Of a stretch of 64,000 nucleotides of DNA, positions 36,681 through 47,550 are shown one piece after another. The notes under the pieces are model-generated. The model saw only the letters and a program-made list of their open reading frames with translations. It ran no database searches and had not been told where the DNA came from. The stretch covers positions 20,026,001 to 20,090,000 of the forward strand of contig OY740810.1 of the NCBI GenBank assembly GCA_963514005.1, given 5' to 3'. The DNA is from Raja brachyura (taxonomy: Eukaryota). The stretch's first letter is position 1. Every line of letters starts with the position of its first letter. The position numbers and the translations under genes are program-made.

Positions 36681-36717
36681 CTGTAACAAAGAGCTTGGTC
36701 CCTGGGCCGAACACCCC
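36681..36717 (-). CDS. IgL sigma J segment, cluster A (GVFGPGTKLFVT+g)
   Basis: FGxG motif, 37 nt, phase-1 donor ACAG|GTAAGT, heptamer on its 5' side; about 380 bp from the V end. Confidence 0.96.
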
Positions 36718-36756
36718 CACAGTGTGTGATTCCAGCTTCAGCCCTGACTGTTATTC
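36718..36756 (-). other. J recombination signal: perfect heptamer, nonamer unrecognisable
   Basis: + strand CACAGTG at 36718-36724 abuts J; after 23 bp the sequence is CTGTTATTC (2/9 match to ACAAAAACC). Confidence 0.7.
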
Positions 36757-37073
36757 CGGGCCCTGGAATCGGACAGAAAACACGGCCAGACGCTCCAGTT
36801 TCCGCATGAAAGTCGACTTCACACATCCCGAGTGTCCCCGCCGGTGTGGGGCGGGAAGGGATGAACTCACAGCCGCATCGCCAGGCTTGACATTAAACTG
36901 CAACGAATCCCGGCAGTGGGCGGCGGGACTCTGAAACTTCAAGAAAAAAGAAATATTTAAATTGCAAAGTATATATATATAAAGGATAAAATTAAAGCGA
37001 CTTTGTGAAGAATTGAAGATTAGAATGTTTTCATCGATTCAAAGATGTAAAGTGCATCATGTTTCTTGCCTCC

Positions 37074-37101
37074 AGTTTTTGTTTTACCTTCTCTCACTGT
37101 G
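37074..37101 (-). other. V recombination signal, 12-bp spacer
   Basis: Minus strand CACAGTG-agagaaggtaaa(12)-ACAAAAACT directly after the last V codon. Confidence 0.97.
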
Positions 37102-37427
37102 ACAGTAAGTACTGCTCGCTGTAAACCATTTCATACAGTAATAGACGGCAGCGTCATTCACCTCCGCCTTGCTTATGATCAACTGGTAAACGGTGGCGGC
37201 GCTGTTGGCTTTCGATGTGAAACGGTCGCTGCTAAACCCAGACCCATAGGTCGGGGCGGCGTGTCCGTGATAATACCGGAGGATCCATTGAGGAGTTGTC
37301 CCCGGTATTTGTTTGTACCAAAAAGAATATCCGGTATCCTTTATTCCGACATTGCATTCCAGCGTGGCCGTGTCCCCTGGATTCACCGACAAGCTCGCAG
37401 GTTGGATTACGGTCTGACACTCTCCAG
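37102..37427 (-). CDS. IgL sigma V exon, cluster A (intact, unrearranged)
   Basis: Acceptor ttctactttacAG; GECQTVIQPASLSVNPGDTATLECNVGIKDTGYSFWYKQIPGTTPQWILRYYHGHAAPTYGSGFSSDRFTSKANSAATVYQLIISKAEVNDAAVYYCMKWFTASSTYC. Both Cys and the core Trp are present. Short CDR1, long YYHxxxxPxYG CDR2 and YYCxKWF resemble sigma V regions as I recall them from Xenopus. Confidence 0.95.
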
Positions 37428-37531
37428 CTGTAAAGTAGAAGGAATTAAATGTTAACCATTGACTCTTTAATGTGACCCCAAGTTCCCACATCACACCCGC
37501 TGGCAAGGCTGACTTGCAGCCCTGTACTTAC

Positions 37532-37577
37532 AGCTCAGCCACAGTGCCAGAGACCAGAAAAAGCACAGCGTTTGCAT
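37532..37577 (-). CDS. IgL sigma cluster A leader exon (MQTLCFFWSLALWLS+t)
   Basis: ATG at 37577; 46-nt hydrophobic exon ending in phase 1 at GTAAGT; 104-nt intron to the V acceptor; splices in frame to give MQTLCFFWSLALWLSSGEC|QTVIQ. Confidence 0.93.
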
Positions 37578-37653
37578 CGTTACTCAGTTTCCTGCCTCAC
37601 TCCAGCCGCTGTATCTGTGACAGAATGTGGACGCCGCTGCCGATGGAACCCAC

Positions 37654-37692
37654 TTATAGAGCCATCCACCCAGGAAGCAAATGCGTGCAAAT
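37654..37692 (-). promoter_or_regulatory. V promoter, cluster A: octamer variants and TATA
   Basis: Minus strand ATTTGCAC (37692-37685) and ATTTGCTT (37682-37675), Ets core CAGGAAG (+37671), TATAA (37658-37654) about 80 bp upstream of ATG; ATTTGCAC, Ets and TATA are also kept in cluster B. Confidence 0.75.
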
Positions 37693-38214
37693 CATGGCGG
37701 GTCACACAGAGCGACCGGAGCGCGGATCTGAAACCCTCCCATTCGCCATCAGACACGGTCGGGTTGAGGCGGTGACGTTGTCAGCCACTGGATGGTCTGT
37801 TGAACACAACCCGTGAATGAGCAGGTCGTTTGTTGTCTGATATTCCACAAGTTCTCCCTCCATCCCCCGAGTCAGTGGTTGCAACACTCCATCCCTCACT
37901 ACAGAGATGCCTCTCACACCTCCAGTCACGACAAGGTGGGACAGTGCAGTCTTCCTGTCCCACATCAATAATCCAGACACAAGAGACTGCAGATTAATGA
38001 GCATAAATGAAACTGCCGCTAGATCTCAGTGGGTCCGGCAGCGTCAATAGAGGGAAACCCCTCTTGCCCAGAAACGTTGTCTGTCTATTCGCTCCACAGT
38101 CGCTGAATTCCTTCAGGAGTCTATTTTGTTACTCAATAATTTAGACATTGAGTTAAAACTCACCCTTACTGATGATGTAGTGTATTCAATTCAATTTGAG
38201 GACACAACATTGGG

Positions 38215-39630
38215 TTGGTGGTTGGAGGCAGAGGATGGTTTGGAAGGTTTGTTTCCCAAATGGGAGGTTTGTGACTAGTGGTGTGGCACAGGGCTGGTAC
38301 TGCTCCACTGTACTTTGTCACATTAATTCATGATGATGGGCATTCTCCCTCCATTTCCCTGATTCAGTTGTTGCAGTACCTCATCTCTCAGTCCAGAGAT
38401 GCCCCTTACACACAACAGTGTGCGACAAAGCAGGCTTCAGACACAAGAGATTGAAGATGCTGTCGCATTAATTCATGATGGGAAGGAAAATAGATGTCAT
38501 TATGACTAAGTTTCTGGAAGGCATCAAAATTGGTGGAAAGGTGGGCAGTGTGGAATGCTGTCTAACCTTAAAACAGGCTATTGATCAATTGGGAAAGTGG
38601 CAATGTAATGGTAACTGGATTTTACTCATATAAGTGGAAAGTGATGCAGTTTGAAGCATCAACCAGGCAAGGACATAATAATGAATGGCAGGACCCTGGG
38701 TAGTATTGCTGAAAAAGAAACATAGGGGTAGATGTATATAGTTCCCCAAAGGTAACAACACAGGTTTACAAGATGGTGATGAAGGCATGTGGCTTGCTGT
38801 TGTTTAAAAGATTTGGAAGGTCATGTCATGGCTGTAGAACATGTTAGTTAGACTGCACATGGAGTATTGCTGAGGCTCTATAAGGCGCTGGTCAGAGTGC
38901 TGTGAGCAGATTTGGACCCCGTATCTGAGCAAGGATGTGCTGGCATTGGAGAGAGTCCAGAGGAGGTTTACAAGAATGATTCCAGGAATGAGTGGGTTAG
39001 GATATGATGAGCGTTTGATAGCACTGTGCCTCTACTCGCTGGAGTTTAGAAGTTTGAGGGGGTGACCTCATTGAAACCTACAGAATAATGAAAGGCATAG
39101 ATAGAGTGGCTGTGGAAAGGATGTTTCCACTGGTGGGAGAGTCTAGGAAACAGAGGTCGTAGCCTCAGAATTAAAGGGCGCTCTTTTAAAAAGGAGTTGA
39201 GGAGGAACTTCTTTAGTCAGAGGGTAGTTAATCTGTGGAACACTGCCATAGAGGGCTGTGGAAGCCACGTTAGAAGATATTGTTAAGGCAGAGATAGACA
39301 AGTTCTTGATTAGAACAGGTATCAAGGGTTATGGGGAGAAGGCAGGAAAATTGGATTAGGTGGCAGAGATCAGCCATGATTGAATGGTGGAGTAGACGAT
39401 GGGCCAAATGGCCTAATTCTACTATAACTTGTGAACTTGTATGCAGTTCCCATCGCTGTGCTGTGGGAAGGATGTGATTAAACCAGAGAGGATCCAAAGA
39501 AGATCTACAATGATGTAACTTGGATTGGAGGGCTTGAGTTAAGAGGAAGATGTGGATAAGGTGGGACTTTTTCCATTAAATGAAAGAAACTCAGGGATGA
39601 CCTGATAGAGGTTTATAGCATTAATTAAGA
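38215..39630 (+). mobile_element. Old CR1 with a younger CR1 3' fragment nested inside (about 38870-39440)
   Basis: RT remnants; the inner copy is homologous to 27340-27945. Confidence 0.82.
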
Positions 39631-40439
39631 TAGATAGTAGTCACAGTGACGCCACTTCCTCCCTTTCTGGGAGAAGATCTACCATATGTACCTGGACGTT
39701 CTCTATCTCCAATCCCATCTGTGGCCTCTGCAGTGACCCAGCAACTCAACAGTTGCCCGTGACCAATAATGGAAGACCCTCGCCCATCACATTCTCCAGG
39801 CATCTCTGGATGGACAGCAATTGTCGGCTCTGCCAGTGACAGCCACATTCAAAAGTGTGGAAATCAGAAGTTGACCAGAGTTTCTGTGTCTGAGGCAAAG
39901 CGTTGAGTAAATGTAGTACTGGAAACAGAGTCCCACTGAGTTTACACAAGTATTTGTCTTCAACAAAGACCCAGGAATGAGTTCATTGTGGGCAAGTAAG
40001 TCAATAGGTAATTGAATAATGATGGTATTTTGTATGTTTCCCTGACTTGGTAACTGAGAGTGACTAATTAAAAAAAAGCATGGCAGGGAATCTCTGAACC
40101 GTGCGAATGGATACCCAGTGAAAAAGGGGGACTTGGGATGCTTCCCAATTACTGGGGAATCTCAGGTAGAGAATGTGTTGCCACCTGAAGCAGTTTGAGC
40201 ACTGGGTCTGAAGCTCGAGCAACAACAGTCCATCCCCAAGGCCGAATGTTTCATGTGCAGCAGGTTTCAGGGACTGGTCATCCTATAGGTAAAGTGAGCG
40301 CAGGCAGCGGGCAAGGGGGAAACCATCAGAGAGACAAAGCAGCAGCAGATTGGTCAGGACATCCCTGATGGCATCCTGCTCTGTAACTGAATGATATTCA
40401 GGACACTGAATGGAGAATGTTGCCCTTGAGGATGGAGCC

Positions 40440-42184
40440 GAGACCCAGTGCTAGGGTCTCCTGCCCAATGTCTCATGTCAAGGCCGGCCCATACCACGCT
40501 GCCCATACCCAAGCAACTACTGCAGCCACAAGTTCGCAAGCCATCGGTAATTCAACCACAGCTTCAGCACAGGTGCAAGACCCACAAACAATCTTATGAC
40601 AAAACAAGGAGGCCACTCAAGCCTCTGGCGAGTGGTCAAGTTGTATGACTTCAGACTGACAAGGGCCATGGTCGCCTCGGTTTAATCCGCAGCCCTGCAC
40701 CAGAACCACATTCGTACATGGCCGATTCGAATGGAGGTGAAACCGTCAGGACCTTCTACCAGTGAGATCGACCAATTGACCAAATGGTGCCAGCACAATA
40801 ACCTGGCTCTCAGCACCAGCAACACCAAGGAACAGATTGTGGACTTTGGAAGGGGTCGGATAGGGACCCACAATCCCGTTTATATAAACGGGACGATGGT
40901 GGAAAGGATCAAGAACTTCAAATTCCTGGGCCTGCATATTTCTGAAGATCTCTCCTGGTCCCAGCACACTGATGCAATTATAAAGAAAGCACGTCAGCAC
41001 CTCTACTTCCTGAGAAGATTACGGAGAGTCGGAATGTCAAAGAGGACGCTCTCGAAGTTCTCCAGGTGCACAGTAGAGAGCATGCTGACTGGTTGCATCG
41101 TGGCTTGGTTCGGTAACTTGAGGGTCAGGAGTGGAAAAGAATGCAGAAAGTTGTGACCACTGCCCAGTCCATCATCTGCTCTGACCTCCCCACCATCGAA
41201 GGGATCTATCGCAGTCTCTGCCTCAAAAAGGACCCACACCATCCTGGCAACGCATTCATCTCTCTGCTACCAACAGATAGAAGGTACAGGAGCCTGACAT
41301 CTGGTACATCCAGGTTCAGGAACAGCTTCTTCCTTACAGCCATCAGGCTATTAAAATCGCCAACAAACAGACTCTGAACTCTATCATTTTATTTATGTGT
41401 ATTTGCGTGGTCTCTGCTATATAGACACACTGGGCTATTCTGTACTTATGTTTACAATATTCTGTTGTGCTGCAGCAAGCAAGAATTTCATTGTCCTATC
41501 TGGGACACATGACAATAAACTCTCTTGACGACTTGACTTGAATGAACCACAACCCACAATCCCGTATCCAGATGTTCCAGGACTATTTAACTGAATGACT
41601 GATACACTTTCTTCCGCGGCCCGACGTTCGTCCACGGAGTCTACGCCCATCATGTATCCTGTCTTCTCGTCACCACATTCAGTGCCCCGGTCTCTAGTTC
41701 CACCTCACCCGTCCCACTGATCTCCGGTGTTACAACAGCCCTTAGTCTCTCAGTTTTTGCCGGTGAAGGATGGAGATGCGAGTTTATACCGTATGCATGC
41801 GGGTCGTATTTGTAAACCTACCCTTAGACTATGTTTAACCTGCTCCAGTGCTGAAGTAACTGTCTATTTTATTTTACACACGGCAGTTAAACTTGATTAG
41901 TTGTACAAACATATATATTTGTAGTTATGTTATTTTCTTAAGAGGAAAGATGTAGATCTGCTTTACTTATATGCTAACCAATACTAACACACAATTGCTA
42001 CACACCACTATAATCTATAATCCAGTCCAGGTTTTTATCATACTGGCACCATTCATACTAACAGCTCCTGACACACACTGTAAGTCATGATGCAGACACA
42101 GTGATGCCAACATGCTGTGTAACTTTATTATATGCCAATAAACTTGTTCGATCTTTACTTTGAGTATGCGTCTGTTGCTCTACA
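40440..42184 (+). mobile_element. Gypsy integrase C-terminus, PPT and 3' LTR (41951-42184), split by a Rex1 insertion
   Basis: GSPAQCLMSR..TTLP...SYDKTRRPLKPLASGQVV; PPT AAGAGGAAAGA; LTR bounded by TGTAGA...TCTACA with internal AATAAA. Confidence 0.78.
40755..41541 (+). mobile_element. Rex1/Babar LINE 3' fragment
   Basis: WCQHNNLAL...FKFLGLHISEDLSW...KKARQHLYFLRRLR...TGCIVAWFGN; (CTTGA)n tail. Confidence 0.9.
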
Positions 42185-43170
42185 GATATCCACCTCGTTC
42201 TTGAATGTCTTTAATATATATTGGCCTCCACTGCCTTCTGTGTAGATAATCCCCAAGGATTCATCACACTCGGAGTGGAAAAATCCCTCCTGTTCTTGTA
42301 CTAAAAGGCATCCTCTGAATGCTGAGGGCACGAGCCCTGGTTTTCGACTCTTCAGTCATTTGTAATATCTTCCTGGGAACAGGTCTGTTCAATCCTTCCA
42401 AACATTATTGTTATCTATGAGACCCACTCTTACTATCTTCTACTCTGGTGAATATAGGCCTAATCGACTCATACATCAGTTCTGCCAACACACAAATCAG
42501 TTCAATAAACCATCGTTGCACTCCCTTAACGGCACCAACATCCTCAGATAAGGAGACCAAAACTGTGTACAAAATTTGTCAAAGCCTTGTCTAGTTGCAG
42601 CAGGTTATCCGCTACTGATGTACAATACTATCCAGGTCTTGTTGCACCATCCCTTTTCCCAACTTATCTATATTCAGATAATAATTCCTTTTTCTGTTTG
42701 TGAAACCAAAGTGAATAATCTCACATTTATCTACAATGAACTACATCTCCCACACATTTGCCCACTTATCCCACTTGCCCAAATCACATTGGAGTTTGTT
42801 TGCATCCACCCCACATATTCGCACACCCCACCCACAACCATAACCCCTGAAACACAGCAGCTGTGGAATCTAAATTCAGTTAATAAGTTGCAATTCAAAA
42901 TAAGAAACCAAATCGGCTGACTCAGGATTCTAATGGAATGTGGTAAAAACTCAGCAGGTTTACTGATTCAGCATTCCCACGGGATCATCCCCATCCACTC
43001 CACTGGATACACCCTCACCACCTCCAATTGAGCAGTCAAATATGACTTTTTCCACAAATCCATGCTGACCCGGCTCAATAATGTAATTACTTTCTTGGTA
43101 AGTTACAGTAATCACACATGCTTGATTATACATCCCATTAACTGCTTATGTCAGGCTAACTGCTTGGCAG
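42185..43170 (-). mobile_element. Degenerate CR1
   Basis: Similar to 4700-5720 (GGAGACCAAAACTG, AAATCCATGCTGAC, TGTCAGGCTAACT). Confidence 0.72.
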
Positions 43171-45080
43171 TTCCCAGTTCACTTGCTTCATAAAGTGAGG
43201 ATGACTTGCTACAAAGGCTTCCTCCCAAACACTGAAAGTAGCTTGGCTGTCCAATCAATATAAGGTGACCGTGTACTGAAGAAGATAGCTAACAAAACTG
43301 AGTAATCAGCAGGTAGTGATGAACCTACTTGACCACATCTGCATCACTCTACCTGTGGCAGATGCACCCATCCATGACAACATTGGTTGAACATGAGCAC
43401 AGTCTTTGTGAAGGCAAAGTGTTATCTTCACACTAAGGACACCTTCCATCGCGATCTGTGGCTCTGGCAAACATGCTAACTTGGATAGATTCAGAACAAA
43501 CTAGACAGCTTGAAACTGGGTGTACTTGAGATGTCCTAGACCATCGGCAGCAGAAATGTCCACCAGAAAAATAACCTCATTGCCCAGCATATCCCTCACC
43601 TCAGTAAAAGCCAGTAGTAAAGCCAGTGGAATAACACTGGTTCAGTGAGGAACATAGATGCTCATGTTGGGACAAGTACCACACATACTTGAACAAGTGG
43701 TGTCAGCTTAGTGCAGCTGCAGCAAAGGATTGCTGAAACATTTAGCAGTAAACTCAGTGTGGAATGACATAACCTAACAACTAATGGACCAGATCAAAGC
43801 CCGGAAGTCAGCCATACTGGGTCAGAAACGCTGGAAAACAATTTAAACAGGTAACCAGTGAAAGACGCTCCAAACACATCCCTATCCTCAACCATTATGC
43901 AACCTACTACATGAGTGCTAAAGATAAGGTTGAATGAAGCAGGCACTTAAATGGGCAAGGCATAAAATACGGACCTAGCTTGGGTACATGGGATTGTGCA
44001 GATGGGCACTAATGTGGGCAGGGATGAGATGGGTTGCTGTTCTGTGCAAATCTTTGAATCTCTGGTCACTTGCCTTAGATCTCCAGATCAGATAGCAGGA
44101 GGTAGAGGAGCAGAAATGCAGGCAAATCACAGACTGGTGTAAGAGGAACAGTTACTGCAAGGGATGTAATTCCCCCAATATTGACTGGGATTACTGAAGT
44201 ATGAAGAGCTTCGATGGGGTGGAATTCATGACGAGCATCCAGCAGAGTATTTTTAGCCAATACATAGATGGTTAGACTAGTGCCTGTCTGTACTAGAATG
44301 TATTTTCGGAATGAGGTTCAGCAAGTAGTACAAGCATCAGTGAGGAACTTTTTGAGGATAGGGATTGCAATTCTGCAAGATTCAAGGCAGTTGTGGAAAA
44401 TGGTGGAAGTTCATATCCAAAATTAGGGGAAGACTGTTTCCATAACATAAGCCAGGAGCTGGAGAAAGTTGGCAGGGAGCAGCTGCTTGTGGGTACAACA
44501 ACAATCCAACCAGTGGAAGATTGTTTCAAAAGAGAGAGGGTGAGTGTTCAGGGAAAACATGTTTGCATTAGGATGGCATTAGGATGGCAAGTGATATTGA
44601 GAGTTTGAAGCAAGGAAAGCAGCATATGGCTGGTACAAGTGACTGAAAATGGGAGAGTCCCTTGAAGAGCATATATATTGGAGGAGAGAAGTTAAAACAT
44701 ATATTTGTAGGGCATTGATGGGCCTTGAGACATCACTTTGATACGACAACATAGAACTAATGTGAACGGGTGACCAATAGTCGGCGTGGATGTGGTGGGC
44801 TGAAGTGCCCGTATCCATGCTGTATCTTTTTAAAAAAGATGATGGAGAAACTGAAAGGATTTTATGAGGATTTTAGGTGTAAGAGGGCCTATTTCTATGA
44901 TGGACAATTCTATAATTCTGTAACTAGACCAGAGAGCTGAATTCCAATGGTGAGGAGAGAGTGAGTGGCCGTGACACCAAGGCAACATTTGACCAAGTGT
45001 GATATCAAGCTGTCCTGGTAACACTGAAGTCAATGTGCATCGAGATGAAAATACACCAAAGGTTGGAATCAATGACCTTC

Positions 45081-45942
45081 GGTGGGAAGTGGCGGCGTTT
45101 GTTGTAGGAGCGGCTCGCCTGCAGTTTGTCTGTTTTTTCTTTTTTTGGTGTTTTCTTGTCTTGTTTTAGCGTGTTAATTTGAGTTATCATGTAGTGTATG
45201 TGTGTGGGAGGGGAGGGAGAAACGTTTTAGTCTCTTCCTTTGGGGGGGATGCGACTTTTCTTGTCGTACCCCCCGTCTCCATCTCCGTCTGCGCTGAGGC
45301 CTAATGGCGGAGCTGACAGCCTCCAACTGCGACCGACCTCGAGTCTCCAGAGGCAGAGCCAGCCAGGACTTACCAGCGCGGGGCTGGCCGACTTCGGGGC
45401 TGCGGCGGGTTCAGGCGTTCCGGCGTTCCGGCGGCCCAACTCGGAGCTGTGGCGGCTTTCCGGTGGTGGTGGCAGCGACTTCGGAGGTTTGGCCGCGGGC
45501 CCAGTGGACGACATCATCGGGAGCTCGCAGGTCACAGATTGGTGACCTGTTTTTCCGGAGCTCCCGCGGCAACAGCGGCGTCCGCTGGACCGGAGGGCGG
45601 CAGCTTCGGCAGCTTCGACCGCCCCGGGCCACAGAGTTGAACCGGCCCGTTCACGGAGTGCAGTTCAGCCGCGGGACAACCATCACTCCGTGGGGTCACA
45701 ACATCGGAGGCCCGGGTCGCCTCAGCGCAGAGGAAGAGGAAGAACAAGAAGGGAAGAGACAAAGACTTAAGATTTTTGCCTTCCATCACAGTGAGGAGGT
45801 GTCTGGTGAACTCACTGTGGTAGATGTTAAATATGTGTTTATTGTGTGTTTTGTTCTTTACTATATGTATGACTGCAGGCAACGAAATTTTCGTTCAGAC
45901 TGAAAGGTCTGAATGACAATAAAAGTTTTCCTATTTCCTATT
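45081..45942 (+). mobile_element. GC-rich non-autonomous retroposon inserted in an older LINE
   Basis: 3' stem-loop TCAGAC-tgaaag-GTCTGA, then ATGACAATAAA and a (TTTCCTA)n tail, similar to the Rex1 tail at about 41500; CCTTC direct repeat on both sides. Confidence 0.65.
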
Positions 45943-46749
45943 TCCTTCTATCACAAAATCAAAAGTGGTATTGTTCACTTCTGATTGCAGCTCCTCAGCA
46001 AATGAATGAGTCCATAACTACATGCAGCATGACCAAGACAACATCCAGACATTGGCTGATATGTGGCAAGGAGGCCACCATTACCATCATTTAATATGGA
46101 CCAGACCTATGAATTGTACAGTAATAAGCAAACCAATGGCTGGATAAGCCCTAGGTGAATGAGCCTTTCACCATTTGCAAGGTCCAAGTCAAGAGAGGAC
46201 AGAATACTCTCCACTTGTTGAGATGAGCACAGCTCCAGTAACATTCCAGAAGCTCACCAGGACAAGGCCATTCAAATGATTTGTACCTCATCCACCATCT
46301 GTAATATTAATTCCTGCCAACATTGGTGTACACAGTCAGAACTTTTTTCCCAGGATGGAAATATTAAACACTAGGGGCCATACCTTTAAGGTGAGTGGGG
46401 TAATGTTTACAGCAATATGCATGAGATGTATTTTACATACTTGGTGGTGAGTGCATGGAACATGCTGCCTGGAATGGTGGTGGAGGCAAATATGATAGTG
46501 GCATTTAAGAGAACTTTAGATAGGCACATGCAGGAAGTGGAGAGATATGGATCATGTGCAGGCAGATGACAGTTGGTCTTTGCAGTGTGTTGGGTACAGA
46601 CATTATTGGCCAAAGGGACTCTTCTTGTGCTGTACTGTTCAATGTACTATGAGCTGTGTTCTATGTTCTACAGTGCTGATAGACTAATGCTATCTGGTAA
46701 TTGTATTCCAATTTGCTATTAATAAAAAGGAGATTATTAAGACCATATA

Positions 46750-47550
46750 AAGTGGTTTGCAAAAGTATTCATACTCCTTGAACTTTTCCACAGTTTTTGG
46801 CCTAAATGCAAAACGCTCTGTGTGGCGGAAAACTAACACTGCACATCACCCTGAACACACCATCCCCACTGTGAAACATGGTGGTGGCAGCATCATGCTG
46901 TGGGGCTGCTTTTCTTCAGCAGGGACAGGGAAGCTGGTCAGAGTTGATGGGAAGATGGATGGAGCCAAATAAAGGGCAATCTTGGAAGAAAACCTGTTAG
47001 AGTCTGCAAAAGATTTGAGACTGGGGCGGAGGTTCACCTTCCAGCAGGCCAACGATCCTAAACATACAGCCAGAGCTACAATGGAATGGTTCAGATCAAA
47101 GCATATTCATGTGTTAGAATGGCCCAGTCAAAGTCCAGACCTAAATACAATTGAGAATCTCTGGCAAGACTTGAAAATTGCTGTTCACAGATGCTCTCCA
47201 TCCAATCTGACTGAGCTTGAGCAAAGAAGAATGGGAAAAAATGTTGGCCTTTAGATATGCAAAGCTGGTAGAGACATACCCCAAAAGACTTGCAGCTGTA
47301 ATTGCAGCGAAAGGTGGTTCTACAAAGGTTTGACTCAGGGGGGCTGAATACTTTTGCACGCCACACTTTTCAGTTTTTATTTGGAATAAAATTTGGAAAC
47401 CATGTATCATTTTCCTTCCACTTCACAATTATGCACCACTTTGTGGTGGTCTATCACATAAAATCCCAATAAAATACATTTACGTTTGTGGTTGTAACGT
47501 GACAAAATGTGGAAAAGTTCAAGGGGTATGAATACTTTTGCAAGCCACTG
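46750..47550 (+). mobile_element. Tc1 transposon, internally deleted
   Basis: About 42-bp matching TIRs, TA TSD; [24 protein letters not shown] (catalytic D changed to A), [15 protein letters not shown]. Confidence 0.95.

Noticed and set aside
37084-37506. ORF-track 140-aa protein taken as the gene model
   Set aside because: Its N-terminus is intron and its C-terminus is RSS; the real structure is the spliced L-V.
37540-37567. Cryptic 12-RSS in the leader (CACAGTG-12-AAAAGCACA)
   Set aside because: The nonamer lacks the core A-tract in register, the sequence is explained by leader codons, and it has no deletional partner in the window.
45784-45822. Inverted pair CACAGTGAG...CTCACTGTG
   Set aside because: It is a stem-loop inside a retroposon, with no nonamers.
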